A stretch of DNA of 64,000 nt, from contig NC_071115.1 of NCBI RefSeq assembly GCF_024256425.1, positions 12,590,746 to 12,654,745 of the forward strand, in the 5' to 3' direction. The DNA is from Clarias gariepinus (taxonomy: Eukaryota). The notes beneath the pieces were generated by a model. The model was not told the DNA's origin and made no database searches. It saw nothing but the letters and a program-made list of their open reading frames with translations. Position numbers and translations under genes: made by a program. This document shows positions 1 to 9,990 of the stretch, in pieces. Numbering within the stretch: the stretch's first letter is position 1; the number at the start of each line of letters is the position of its first letter.

Positions 1-139
1 GTATGAAGATTTTGCTTTAAATTGTTTGGGTTACATGTCCAATTTTATCAATTTAATTATTAATTTTTTAGTACAAAGGAAATTCATCAACAGACAGTAG
101 AATGTCTATACCAAGGGGAAGAAGTACCACAGTATGGCA

Positions 140-260
140 CAAGGACCCAAGAGTCTCATTTTAAAAGTAGACCCTGTCGCTTTGCACCTCCAGGGTCTGG
201 GTTTGATTCCCGTCTTGGGTCAGTGTGCAGGGAGTTCGCATGAGACACAAGGACCAAAGT
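140..260 (+). mobile_element. SINE fragment (tRNA-related region of the same family)
   Basis: The sequence cctccagggtctgggtttgattcccgtcttgggtcagtgtgcagggagttcgcatg matches the family core. Confidence 0.5.
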
Positions 261-2078
261 ATCACTAAGGAGAAGACTTATTAAATCTTCTTTGCAGTTA
301 TACTTTCTTTTTTTTATATTCTGTAAAAAACTTATGGGAAATTGCATTATAGAATTTATAGGGTAATTTGAGTTTTTTTATTATTTTGTAGAAATCGTCA
401 ATATAAAATTATTAACTTCAATAAAATATATCTCTTTTTATCAGTTAATTTGTTAATGGCTTTGTGCAGATGTCTGTAAGCTAACTTGGCAAAAGTATTA
501 GAACACCATAGTGTTCATTAAAACACAGAAACTGGATCCCAGAAACTAAGAAATAGAAGAATAGGCTTAATTTTTTTTATTTTACTTCTGGTAATTCAAT
601 TTACTCTGTTTTATTTTCTTTTATTTTACTCCTAGTTCTTTTGGTGCTTTATCTTTATTCTCTACAACAAACTCTGGTTTGTGTTTCATATAGTAAAAAT
701 ATTGCATGATCTGTGAGTACCAATTAATCTACTACTTTGTAAGGCTTTTAGATTAAAAAGAAGTTCGGTAAAAATCTATCCCATAGTCATTTCTGTTACA
801 GACAGTATGCAATTCTGATACGTATTAAGTAAATTAATCAATTTATTTGTGCTTATTGAAACTTTAGATATCATATATTGCACCGAGTCAAGAATGTGCA
901 TTGTATTTCTCATAAAGTATGGGTAAGATTATTCTAATCCGCACTAGAGCTCCAGACGAGCACATGTTTTTCCTCTGCAGGCCACGTGACCTAAGATGAG
1001 CAAAGTGTTTCTGGCTGTCTGCTCTGTAGCGAGATGTGATGGAATGGTTGCTAAGGAACGCAGACAGTGCCAAAGGATAAATAATAAGAAGTAGAGTACA
1101 TTTATGTGTGGTTCTTTCATTGTTAGATAACCGAGGCAATGAAAGAAAACAAATGAGAGTTTTTAAAAGTGAAGTCAATTTAACTCCTCATAGTAAAATG
1201 TTTTGCAGAGTTAGTTTAGTAGTAACACAATAAAAGATACAAGAAGAATTTAGAAAAGCAACAGTATAGAAAAAAGAGTAACAAGTGCTCAACACAAGAA
1301 AGATTTTTCTTTTAACATGAGGGTTCTTTTTATGCATATACCAGGTGCATGACATTACAGTGACATCTTTAAACAAATAACAGGCACTGCATTAACAGTA
1401 ATAAATGACTATACAGAAGCTTAAATGAACTCTAAAGAAGATAAACACTGAATATAAATGATAGATCAATAGTTCTTTTCAGTTCAGCCGTCAAATCCTC
1501 ATCCTTGTGCTACTACATGCTGCTGATCAAACATCACGAAATTGTGCAAAACAATATTAATATCTTCTCAGGTTTATCTGCAGTAGTAACGGGTGCAAGT
1601 CCACTGTTTGCTGGCGTTTGTGCTCCGTGTTTCAATTTCAGTACGGACGCCGCAGCCGAACCTCTACCTCACTTCATCACTGTACTCTGAGAATAATAAC
1701 ATACTTTGATATAACACTTTGATCAAATATAAATATATATATATATATATATATACATGAGATACGCAGTATATTACATAGCACACTTCTTATGGGATCT
1801 CTTTTTATATGGAATGTGGATTTAATCACAGTTATCAAAAGTTTAACGTATAGATACAGTATTAACAACAATTGCTTAACAAAATGCACTGCATCATGGG
1901 TTATAGAATGGTTTATGGACCTTAAGGAAGGTCAGGTAGAAAAAACAGTTTGAGCCAAGATTTCTACCAGAATAAAATACAACATAAATGGGTCCAGGTA
2001 AACGTTCCAAGTACAAAACTTTCCTGTTAGCTTTACTGTATTTACTTAATATTATGATTTAAAACCCCAAATTTAAAT

Positions 2079-2088
2079 ACAAAAAAAA

Positions 2089-2138
<50 letters not shown>
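2079..2138. repeat. poly(A) run followed by a (TA)n microsatellite
   Basis: Direct read. Confidence 0.95.
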
Positions 2139-2144
<6 letters not shown>

Positions 2145-3142
2145 ATAAAAGAAGAAGAGAAAAATAATGGAACGTGATTAGTTTTATTTTATATTATATT
2201 TTAATAATTTTAAACAAATGTATAGTTCTTAAAGTATAGTAGCTTATTTTACAAAAGAAAAACTGTTGGCCTTAGACATGAATAAAAGACTATAACGTCA
2301 ACTCATCCAGTGAGTAAGTCTTATTCATGTCCATGCTAGCTTATTCACGGCACACAACTTTGTGCTGTTCACAAACGTGCTCATCTATCCTGTACTGAAA
2401 ACCAGACCTTGTTATTATGAAAGGACAGAAACACAATGTTCCTTATAAAGTCGTGATCAGAACCAGGGTATGACTTTTTTGAGTCCAATAATCACCCAGT
2501 TGAGCTGCTAAAATGACCACATTTCCTTTGAATGGCTTTTACTGGCATGTATACATTGTGTTAGGAGAGGCCCGTCATCAGTGATTACATCAGGGCATGA
2601 AAGACGTGTGGTGAGAAAAACAAAGCATCCTGTTTTTTTTTTTTTTTTTTAAATAAATGACTAAATTTAGGGAAAATAAACTGGAAACTAATAATATCAC
2701 AATTTGTAAACATTAAATTGCATTTTTGCATTTAATTTTAAATACTTTCAGATTTTTCCCCTCTGTAGGCATTGCAGTCAGTTTATAGATTGTGTCCAAA
2801 GGAGTTTAGGATGTTCACTATGTAACATCTGTATCTTCAACATGAAGAATAACAAAAAGTTAAAGTGCAAAGAAATAATCAAACTGATGTGATGCCTGAA
2901 CGTGAATATTCCTATTATTTCCAAATAAAAAAGAAATTAACGTATTTGTCTTACAAGTTCCTACTTTGTTAATCCTTTCTCTTTTACAAAATATCAACAA
3001 AAAAAAAATATTCCTGATAAAAAATAAACAATAACTATACCATTAAGTAATTGCTTCAACCAGACAAGCGTTTCCAGTCCCCTTTCATCTGACCACTTTG
3101 TCTCAGACACCCACCACCCCATCCTCTCCTGACGTGTCCACC

Positions 3143-3376
3143 TCACTGCTGCACGCTAGCGTGATGAGAGCAGTGCTCGGCCGGCTGCTTGGTGACCCCT
3201 CCGAACACTTCCACCTCGCGGCTGGTCCAAGGGACTACATTACCCAGCATTCCCGTGCTGCAGTGGGCTATTGCGGAAAGCTCTGCACGAGTGAGCGGCC
3301 GGTCCCACATGTTAAACTGAGAGAGATCACCTAAAAGAGCCCGTGTTGCCTCGAAACGAAGTCCGCCCATTGAACC
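3143..3376 (-). CDS. nptxr: neuronal pentraxin receptor, terminal coding exon 5 (pentraxin domain C-terminus, includes the stop)
   Basis: The acceptor is cgtgcag|GGTTCAATGGGC. The translation GSMGGLRFEATRALLGDLSQFNMWDRPLTRAELSAIAHCSTGMLGNVVPWTSREVEVFGGVTKQPAEHC...* aligns with human DTLGGRFDATQAFVGDIAQFNLWDHVLTPAQVLGIANCTAPLLGNVLPWEDKLVEAFGGATKAAFDVC. The five exons sum to 1587 nt, or 528 aa. Confidence 0.9.
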   Translation of the reverse strand, partial: GSMGGLRFEATRALLGDLSQFNMWDRPLTRAELSAIAHCSTGMLGNVVPWTSREVEVFGGVTKQPAEHCSHHASVQQ

Positions 3377-4235
3377 CTGCACGAAAGAAAAGACAGCAGC
3401 AGGAGCATTGTCTTATTATTACAAATAAAACTTTTACTTTTTAAATACAAAGGACAACTTGTGTCAGGTCTGCATATTTGAAATCCTCATGAATTCTAAG
3501 CTTCATCAAGTGAACAACCAAAGAGTACACAAGCAACTTCTCCATATTCACCATGACATGTTCAGAAATGTCTATAACAGCTGTTCACTGTTTAGAAGCT
3601 GTCTCTTCTTGAATACTTATGTTTTTCTGTTCTGAACGGCAGTCGCAAAGTGTAGCAGTGTGAAAAAAAGCACCATTTAAAAAAAAAAATTATACTTTTT
3701 TAAAAATGCAAAACTTAAGTGCTAATTAATCACACTCGTTTAGAGGTGAAAATTCAATGCAACTACATGTTTATTGATGTTATTATTATTATTAGTAGTA
3801 GTTATAGTAGTAGTAGTAGTAGTATTACTTTAAAAAATAATTTATTGTCTTATAAAACACAATATATTTGTTTTTTGTCCACTGATTATGTGAAACCGAA
3901 TGAGTGAAAACCATACAACATTAATAAAATGGGTGCAACAATTAGAATACAATCCTTTTGAAATGACTAATAATTTTGCATTTATAAACACAGCACAATG
4001 TAAGAATACAGTCTTTTAAACATAATTTACTGCAAATTATATTCAAATTTGTTTATCTTACATACTGTAATACCACACCATTTATATCTCTCTATCTAGC
4101 GTGGGTTTAAATATATGAATGTACAGCTTTTATGCTCACCCTGTATATACACCTGCTTAGCTCTCATCTCTGGAATTATGACTACAGTTTTCAGCTCAGC
4201 TGGTCGTCTTGAGCGCCAGCCCGTGTATGACTCAC

Positions 4236-4415
4236 CTGTTCCTGGCCCAGGACAAGCGTTCCTCCGGGACGGATGTAGTGGCGGCTTGCCAGGTCCTTCC
4301 CCTCAACTTTCAGCTTGCCTCCCACGTAGGCGTGCCACACTCCTCCTCTCCTGTTCCAAGTGACACACACATGCTGCCAAGAACCCATGGTGAGGTTCAG
4401 ATAGAACTGTGCCAC
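4236..4415 (-). CDS. nptxr: neuronal pentraxin receptor, coding exon 4 (pentraxin domain)
   Basis: The acceptor is tatag|GTGGCACAG and the donor is CAG|GTGAGT. The translation VAQFYLNLTMGSWQHVCVTWNRRGGVWHAYVGGKLKVEGKDLASRHYIRPGGTLVLGQEQ aligns with human VAQLPLSLKDNGWHHICIAWTTRDGLWSAYQDGELQGSGENLAAWHPIKPHGILILGQEQ. The exon is 180 nt. Confidence 0.9.
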
Positions 4416-4857
4416 CTATAGGAGGAAGGAAGGAATATTGAATATTTAATCAGCATCGTTTTTCTCAAACATCGCTTTAGGGTATGCTTAAACCATCTCA
4501 GTTTGATCTGCTGATCATAACGAGAGGCTCGGGGCAGTGAGTGAAGCTCATGAATTTCAATTATGTTATTATTGGGAGGATTTACAGTCACAGGAAAGCT
4601 TGCCATGAGCAGGGGTATTAAAGAATTTTATATTAGAAAGCTTTATATTGGACTGCGACTAACATTTTAAAGGAAATTAACCAGTGAAAAAGAAATACAC
4701 TTAAATGATGCTAAGCTGGTGTAAGTGGTGAACAAATTGTCATAACTATATATAATGTGTGAACTGATCTCTTCAACTAAAAAATTCAAATACACTTACT
4801 CTTTTACTCATCTTCTAATATCCCCCGTGTTAAGCCTGGAGGCTAGTTTAGAAGACC

Positions 4858-5112
4858 CATGGCACAAGTCATTGTACACCCCCGACAGGGTGCCAATCAA
4901 ACACGCACAGACACTACAGGGAATCAGGAAATGCCTATTCACCTACTCTTCATGTCTTTGGATTGTGGGAGGAAACCGGAGTACCCTGAGGAAACCCCCC
5001 AAGCATGGCAAGAACATGCAAACTCCACGTACACAGACCTGAGGCAGTGAATCAAACCCTGACCCTGGAGGTTTAAGGCCAGGGTGCTAACCATTACGTT
5101 ACTGTGCCACCC
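4858..5112 (-). mobile_element. tRNA-derived teleost SINE (full-length copy, minus orientation) in nptxr intron 3
   Basis: The reverse complement reads gggtggcacagtaacgtaatggttagcaccctggcc...ggtttgattc...gtggagtttgcatgttcttgccatgc...ggtttcctcccacaatccaaagacatg..., the family consensus also seen at 11985 and 31135. Confidence 0.7.
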
Positions 5113-5275
5113 AAAATAGAAGACATTTTATTCAAATACTGCATTTCCGGATCAAATCGAATTGTACATTTTATTGTCCCCTTACACTAACATAACACAC
5201 AACGCATGATTGGACATGATTTCAAATTGACTAAAATGCAGTGGCCATTCCCTGGTCATAAACCACGGTTTATAC

Positions 5276-5517
5276 CTCATTTTTGATGATAAGCTCGACA
5301 GGTCCATGGACTAACTGCTGCAGCACCAGCTCATGAGGGTCTTCTGAAACAGCATAAGAAACTGCAGTTCCCAGGATGCTCTGCGCAGGCCTGAGCCACA
5401 TGCAGACAGTGAGGGCATGCAGCATAGGGATTGCTCGCTTCACCACAGCATACATTGAGCTGCTCCGCAGAGGAAATGAGAGTCTGTAACCCTCTGGAAA
5501 CCTGTTCTCAGACAGAC
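5276..5517 (-). CDS. nptxr: neuronal pentraxin receptor, coding exon 3 (start of pentraxin domain)
   Basis: The acceptor cag|GTCTGTCTGAG lies directly after a (GT)n run, and the donor is AATGAG|GTATAA. The translation GLSENRFPEGYRLSFPLRSSSMYAVVKRAIPMLHALTVCMWLRPAQSILGTAVSYAVSEDPHELVLQQLVHGPVELIIKNE aligns with human SSAYSPPDAFKISIPIRNNYMYARVRKALPELYAFTACMWLRS...ELLINDK. The exon is 242 nt and the phases fit. Confidence 0.85.
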
Positions 5518-5519
5518 CT

Positions 5520-5541
5520 GACACACACACACACACACACC
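5520..5541. repeat. (CA)n/(GT)n microsatellite abutting the nptxr exon 3 acceptor
   Basis: acacacacacacacacacacc on the plus strand, so (GT)n on the coding strand immediately 5' of the cag| acceptor. Confidence 0.95.
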
Positions 5542-6077
5542 AAACAGACATGAGCTCCTTCAAATATACTAAGCTCAAAATCTTTTATAGAAGCAATAAC
5601 AATTCAATCACAAATGGCAATTTTTATGAATTCAATAATTTTTTTTTATAATATCGAATCTGATCTGAAACTTGGACTGGTAGTGTCTATGAAAATAATT
5701 CACAATTATATGACATAGTCAAAGATATACAAAGGAATAATTTAACCCAGCTGAATTATGCACAGTTCTTTAAATGAACCCTTTACATATGTTTTTACAA
5801 CATTGGCTCTTTATGTCAGAACTAATTAAATGTTTACTGGTGCAACAATACATTACATTCTCAAATCAGTACCTTTCTCATTAAACCTTTCATTTTAAAG
5901 AGTGATCAAATTCTGCATTCATGTCAGTGTCCAACCTTAGGGATCCATACTATATATATGAATACATTGAGAAATTCCCTTCTGTTTATTTGTTTACTCT
6001 ATACAACCATTTGTTTACTCCCTCATACAGTACATTCATTCCTTTAATCCATCCCTTTCTCGTTCTCACTTTCTCAC

Positions 6078-6339
6078 CTTGCTCAAGACTGCTGATGCGT
6101 TGGTGGACAGCGTCCAGTCCGTGGTCAATGTGCTGTTGATGTTTCTTGGCTTCCTTTCGAAGTGTTTTCCTCTCCTCTTCCAGGACTTGCATCTTACGCT
6201 TCAGCTCTCGTTCCAGATCCTCCACTCGCCGCTGTGCTGAGACTCCATGGTGTGCGATTCCGCTCGAGACACTGCCTTTGCCCTTCTGACCCTTTTGCCC
6301 TGACTCTGTGTGGTTGTGAGCTAGTGGAGCCATTTCTGC
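6078..6339 (-). CDS. nptxr: neuronal pentraxin receptor, coding exon 2 (coiled-coil)
   Basis: The acceptor is ttcttgtag|GCAGAAATGGCT and the donor is CAAG|GTGAGA. The translation AEMAPLAHNHTESGQKG...RRVEDLERELKRKMQVLEEERKTLRKEAKKHQQHIDHGLDAVHQRISSLEQ parallels human ELPARVNLS...LEGQLLAQVLALEKERVALS...QGRVAELEHG. The exon is 262 nt and ends in phase 1. Confidence 0.8.
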
Positions 6340-6954
6340 CTACAAGAACATTCATGCATTATAAATGAGTTTTGATCAGGGATGCACCGAGTGACACTGA
6401 TCATTAATGTTAGATAATACAGGTGTGTAACTCAGGCTTGGTATTGGATGAATTTGAATCTGTTTTTGATCCCAGTTTACATTGATGTTGAGGCTATATT
6501 GCCTGACAAGCCTAAAGCATAAATATGAACACAGTAGAACACTTGTTCCCAGAAAGCAGGTGTTACACCATTAGGTTTGACAAAACACAGTAACAGCGGA
6601 TTGGGCAGGAAGTCAGTGCTTTGTTTCAAACCATGCTCAGAGCCTGATATAAATTTTATAGCATATTAGCACACTTTGGGTGAAAATTTTCATATTCATA
6701 TTTACATGCAACTGCATTGCATCATAATCATCATCATCAGATTGGACTGTGGACTGCAAGCAAAACAGCACTGTACTGTACACTGCAGCAGCTACAGAAC
6801 TCATACATCTTCAGACCTGCTGTATGTAATTTATCATGCATGCTCCAGAATATTTAAAATTAATAAAAAAAACGCCGAAATACTACACTTGTTCTGGCAG
6901 CATTACAGCAGCTGTAGCCTATCATTTATTACTCCACTTTTTTTCCGTCCTCCT

Positions 6955-7240
6955 TAATGTAATGTAATGCGCACGCGCGGCTTCTTAATTAATCATCAGT
7001 AGCATTGACGTTTTTGATTTCGAATGAATCACACAGGAGAGTGGCGTGAGCACGCGCGCGCTGTTCAGCGTTGCGGCACTCCTGTGATCAAACTCGGGAA
7101 TGGCGCGAGCGCTCGGACTGCAGCCAATCAGAGCCGCGCGTTTCTAGCGCAGAGCCGTAAATCACCCCGAGCACGATGCGCGCGCGAGCGAAGCAGAAAC
7201 GAGCTGCGGGGTGTGAAGGGGGGGAGACTTAAAAATATGC
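6955..7240. promoter_or_regulatory. CpG island with CCAAT box (ctgcagccaatcagagccgcgcg) and CRE-like TGACGT inside nptxr intron 1
   Basis: The sequence shows a sharp local rise in CpG density (gcgcacgcgcgg...gcgcgcgctg...gcgcgagcgctcgg...gcgcgcgcgagcg) within otherwise AT-rich intron. It also contains a canonical NF-Y CCAAT motif and a cattgacgtt element. Confidence 0.4.
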
Positions 7241-7824
7241 GTGATCATCTGCACAGCAAGCTCGCATCCAAAACCTACCACTGCTTTGCTAAACTCTCTC
7301 TGTGGGTGTGTGCGTGTATACAGTAAACGCCTGTGTTCTGCCAAATGCCTATCCTGAGTTCCTGCAGGTCACTTAGACGCGCTGTTTCGTCATATAATTT
7401 AATTCTGAATGCATTTTTTTCACTATAAGACAAACTATTAAACCATGCCACCTGTTGTTTTGTGCTTTGTGCTGTAAGGAGCTTCTGGCAAAACCATTGA
7501 CACAATAAAGTATTTTTTATTTTTTTGCTAGACACATCGATAACACAAAATACTCGCAATAATGTACAGTAGAGCGTGTAGGATTATTGGTGTGCAATTT
7601 TTACATATTGTTTGGGAGACACGACAGACTGATAATTAGATATTAACGGCTAAAAGTACTAGATTGTTCCTTTCCTTTCTTTTCCACCATAATAAAAATT
7701 TCATAGTGTGTAGTCTGGGAGGACACTGTAACCAATGCCTTTACCTTTTTCTCTTTCAGTCCAGCCTTACATTATTAATTAATTAATTAACATTCACATT
7801 TCCTTGTTAGGTTAACATAAATAC

Positions 7825-7826
<2 letters not shown>

Positions 7827-7876
<50 letters not shown>
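7827..7876. repeat. (TA)n microsatellite in nptxr intron 1
   Basis: A direct read of about 25 TA units. Confidence 0.95.
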
Positions 7877-7880
<4 letters not shown>

Positions 7881-8285
7881 GTCCTGCAAATACACTAAAT
7901 ACACGATTATGAGCATATAGGCTCCACTTTGGCTTTATTGAATTCATGAATACTGAATATAGAATAATAAATATTCACATTTAAAACTAAAACGTGAAGC
8001 ATTTATTTCAAAGTTTATGATTACTTTTAAGTCTCAACTATCCTTCCACACTATATATTTTCATTGTATTATAATAAAAGGGATCTAATTTAAGGCAGCC
8101 TTTCTAAGTGAACCTCCATATACAGTAGTGACACATCAAAGAAACAGGAAACAAAGGAGGCAAATTCCATTTCGATTATCTCGCACACTTTGATTTAGGG
8201 TAACTACTTCTTTATTATTTGCCATGAAACCATTCCTAACACACACGCACCCACACACACCACTATAGGAACAGCGTATGTGTAC

Positions 8286-8954
8286 CTCCAGTTTCTCGAT
8301 GCGCTCCTTCATGTGCATGATGGCTCTCTCCAGTTCGCGGACAGTGAGTGCAGGCGGTCCCGCGTCGTCCTGCATCATGAGCCCGTCTCGGGTGTCCCTC
8401 CTCCCAGCCCACAAGCCCTCGCCCCTGCGCGTGCCGCCTTCACAGACGGAGAGTTTCCCGGTCAGATCGCGGATGGTGCGCTGCTCGGCGCGGATCTCCT
8501 CCTCCTGCTGCTCCACGGTGCGCCTGAGCTCTTCCGCCGTAGCGCGGAGATCCCCCCACTGATCCCCCGCGTGTACAGTCTGCTCGTCCGCCTGGAAGCC
8601 TTTCGGTCTGCACTCTCCAGCCGGAACCGGAGTACAGATCAGCTTGCTGACTCTCACCACCTGCTGCTCGCCGTTGTCGCCTCCCGTTCTCCCGGTGATC
8701 CCGTAGAAGGTTGGAGAGTCAGGGCTGCTCCCATGGAGCGCATCCACCGGTCCTGCCCGGGCCACGGAGCCTGACGGGAAGGTGAGGACACCCGAACCCG
8801 CAGCCAGGGACTGGTTATCGGCGAGGGGCTGTGCGGCGGTCGAGGCTGCGGCTGCGGGCGAAGGAGAGCCGCCGTGCACCGCGGCGATGATGCAGATCAC
8901 GGCTCCGACAAACGCCACCATCCCGGCGGCCAGGATCACCACAATGAACTTCAG
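8286..8954 (-). CDS. nptxr: neuronal pentraxin receptor, coding exon 1 (type-II signal-anchor plus coiled-coil region). Start assigned to the CTG at 8954-8952; the first in-frame ATG is at 8921.
   Basis: The minus-strand translation LKFIVVILAAGMVAFVGAVICIIA...LICTPVPAGECRP...EELRRTVEQQEEEIRAEQRTIRDLTGKLSVCE...ALTVRELERAIMHMKERIEKLE aligns residue for residue with human NPTXR MKFLAVLLAAGMLAFLGAVICIIAS...FLCTPL...IRADQDTIRELTGKLGRCE...LEDAVRALRDRIDRLE. A GTACAC donor follows at 8285-8284. The exon is phase 0 and 669 nt long. Confidence 0.85.
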
Positions 8955-9250
8955 GGTGGCGGTTTGTTCAGGCGGTGAATATGAGAAACGGGTCAAGAAA
9001 GGAAGAGATAAAACGCCCCACAGCACTAAATAATCAAATAGTTGCTTGATGTTCGGCTGTAGACTGTATCGTTAATATGGCAGCAGATCAGTAGTGGATT
9101 CTTTCTCCTAATGATGCCGCCAGTGTTTTCAGTGTAGTCTCAGACCGAAGCCCCGCCCACTCGTTCTGCTTCACCGCTACGCAAATCTCTTCATCTACTC
9201 TACCCTACAAAAAAGTCATTCAGACTAGTGCGCCACTTCGCGTACACTTC
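8955..9250 (-). promoter_or_regulatory. nptxr: nptxr 5' UTR and proximal promoter region (GC-rich, Sp1-like GC box gccccgccc at about 9150)
   Basis: This is a GC/CpG-rich block immediately upstream (higher coordinates) of coding exon 1. An in-frame stop lies at 9074-9072 and no ATG falls between it and the CTG at 8954. Where the transcription start lies cannot be determined from sequence. Confidence 0.4.
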
Positions 9251-9639
9251 TAATACAAAGACTATACCGAAAGTAATGCAAAAGTGGGCAAAACCTTAAA
9301 AAAAAAAAAATAAATTGCCACAGTTGATTCAAATTGCACATATTGGTAGAGTAACTCTTCCTCTACTGTATACACTCAACATAGTCTCCATCACAAAGCA
9401 TGCATTTGCTCCATCGTTGAACCCAACTCTCGAATCCTCTTTCTTCATAAATCTGGTGTCACCTCCATAAACATTCTGTAGCACAGATGGAAACCATCTG
9501 CAGCGACAAAAGGGGTTCAGATGCAGGCTATATTGAGTTGTATCGTTGTGTACAGGAAAAGTTCTCGGCCAACATTAAAATTCAATTATTTCTTCTATGG
9601 ACCTTATAGCACATTGAGAGCATTGGTGGCTCATTAGTA

Positions 9640-9990
9640 CGTTTTCTATTCCTACAATGCAGACCTGGGTTTTTTTCCCAGCCACTAGATGCAGTGCTAG
9701 TCCCTCCCATCCTAGGTAAAATGGGAGAGATGCATCAGGAAGGGCATCTGGCGTAAATCCTGTTTCAAGTGCTTGTGCAGGTCAGGTGGTGACCACTTGA
9801 CGGCAGCAGCCGAAAAAAGAACAACAACCTTACAAGCACTGTAATACAGCCAGGATACAGCACCTATGGAGCAGAAAGGGTTAAAGGCCTTGTTCAAAGC
9901 ATCAGCAGTGGCGGGTGCTGGGGATTGAACCCCGGATCTCTTGATCAGTAACCCCAGAGCCTTAACCATTATAACCAGTATTACCACTAA
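9640..9990. mobile_element. composite of two SINE fragments: a DANA-like 3' portion (plus, about 9640-9830) and a tRNA-like SINE head in minus orientation (about 9880-9990)
   Basis: The first fragment ...ggaagggcatctggcgtaaatcc... resembles the DANA tail GGAAGGGCATCCGCTGCGTAAAA. The reverse complement of 9880-9990 is tRNA-like: gttagtggtaatactggttataatggttaaggctctggggtt...ggggttcaatccccagcacccgcc. Confidence 0.5.

Noticed and set aside
3098-4421. Plus-strand ORFs 3098..3334, 4115..4363 and 4209..4421
   Set aside because: These are antisense to nptxr exons 5 and 4.
8136-8285. C-terminal continuation (VHIRCSYSGVCGCVCVRNGFMANNKEVV…) of the 296-aa track ORF
   Set aside because: This is read-through into intron 1 past the GTACAC donor at 8285. 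The homology to NPTXR stops exactly at the donor.
8955-9026. N-terminal extension MLWGVLSLPFLTRFSYSPPEQTAT of the track ORF 8136..9026
   Set aside because: The track's 'M' is a GTG (9026-9024), because the ORF caller uses bacterial alternative starts. There is no ATG in this stretch. The homology-supported start is the CTG/Kozak site at 8954.
8278-9033. Plus-strand ORFs 8278..8562, 8280..8774 and 8782..9033
   Set aside because: These are antisense to the GC-rich nptxr exon 1. They are low-complexity Ala/Arg/Ser/Pro-rich translations typical of antisense frames of GC-rich coding DNA. They start at non-ATG codons.
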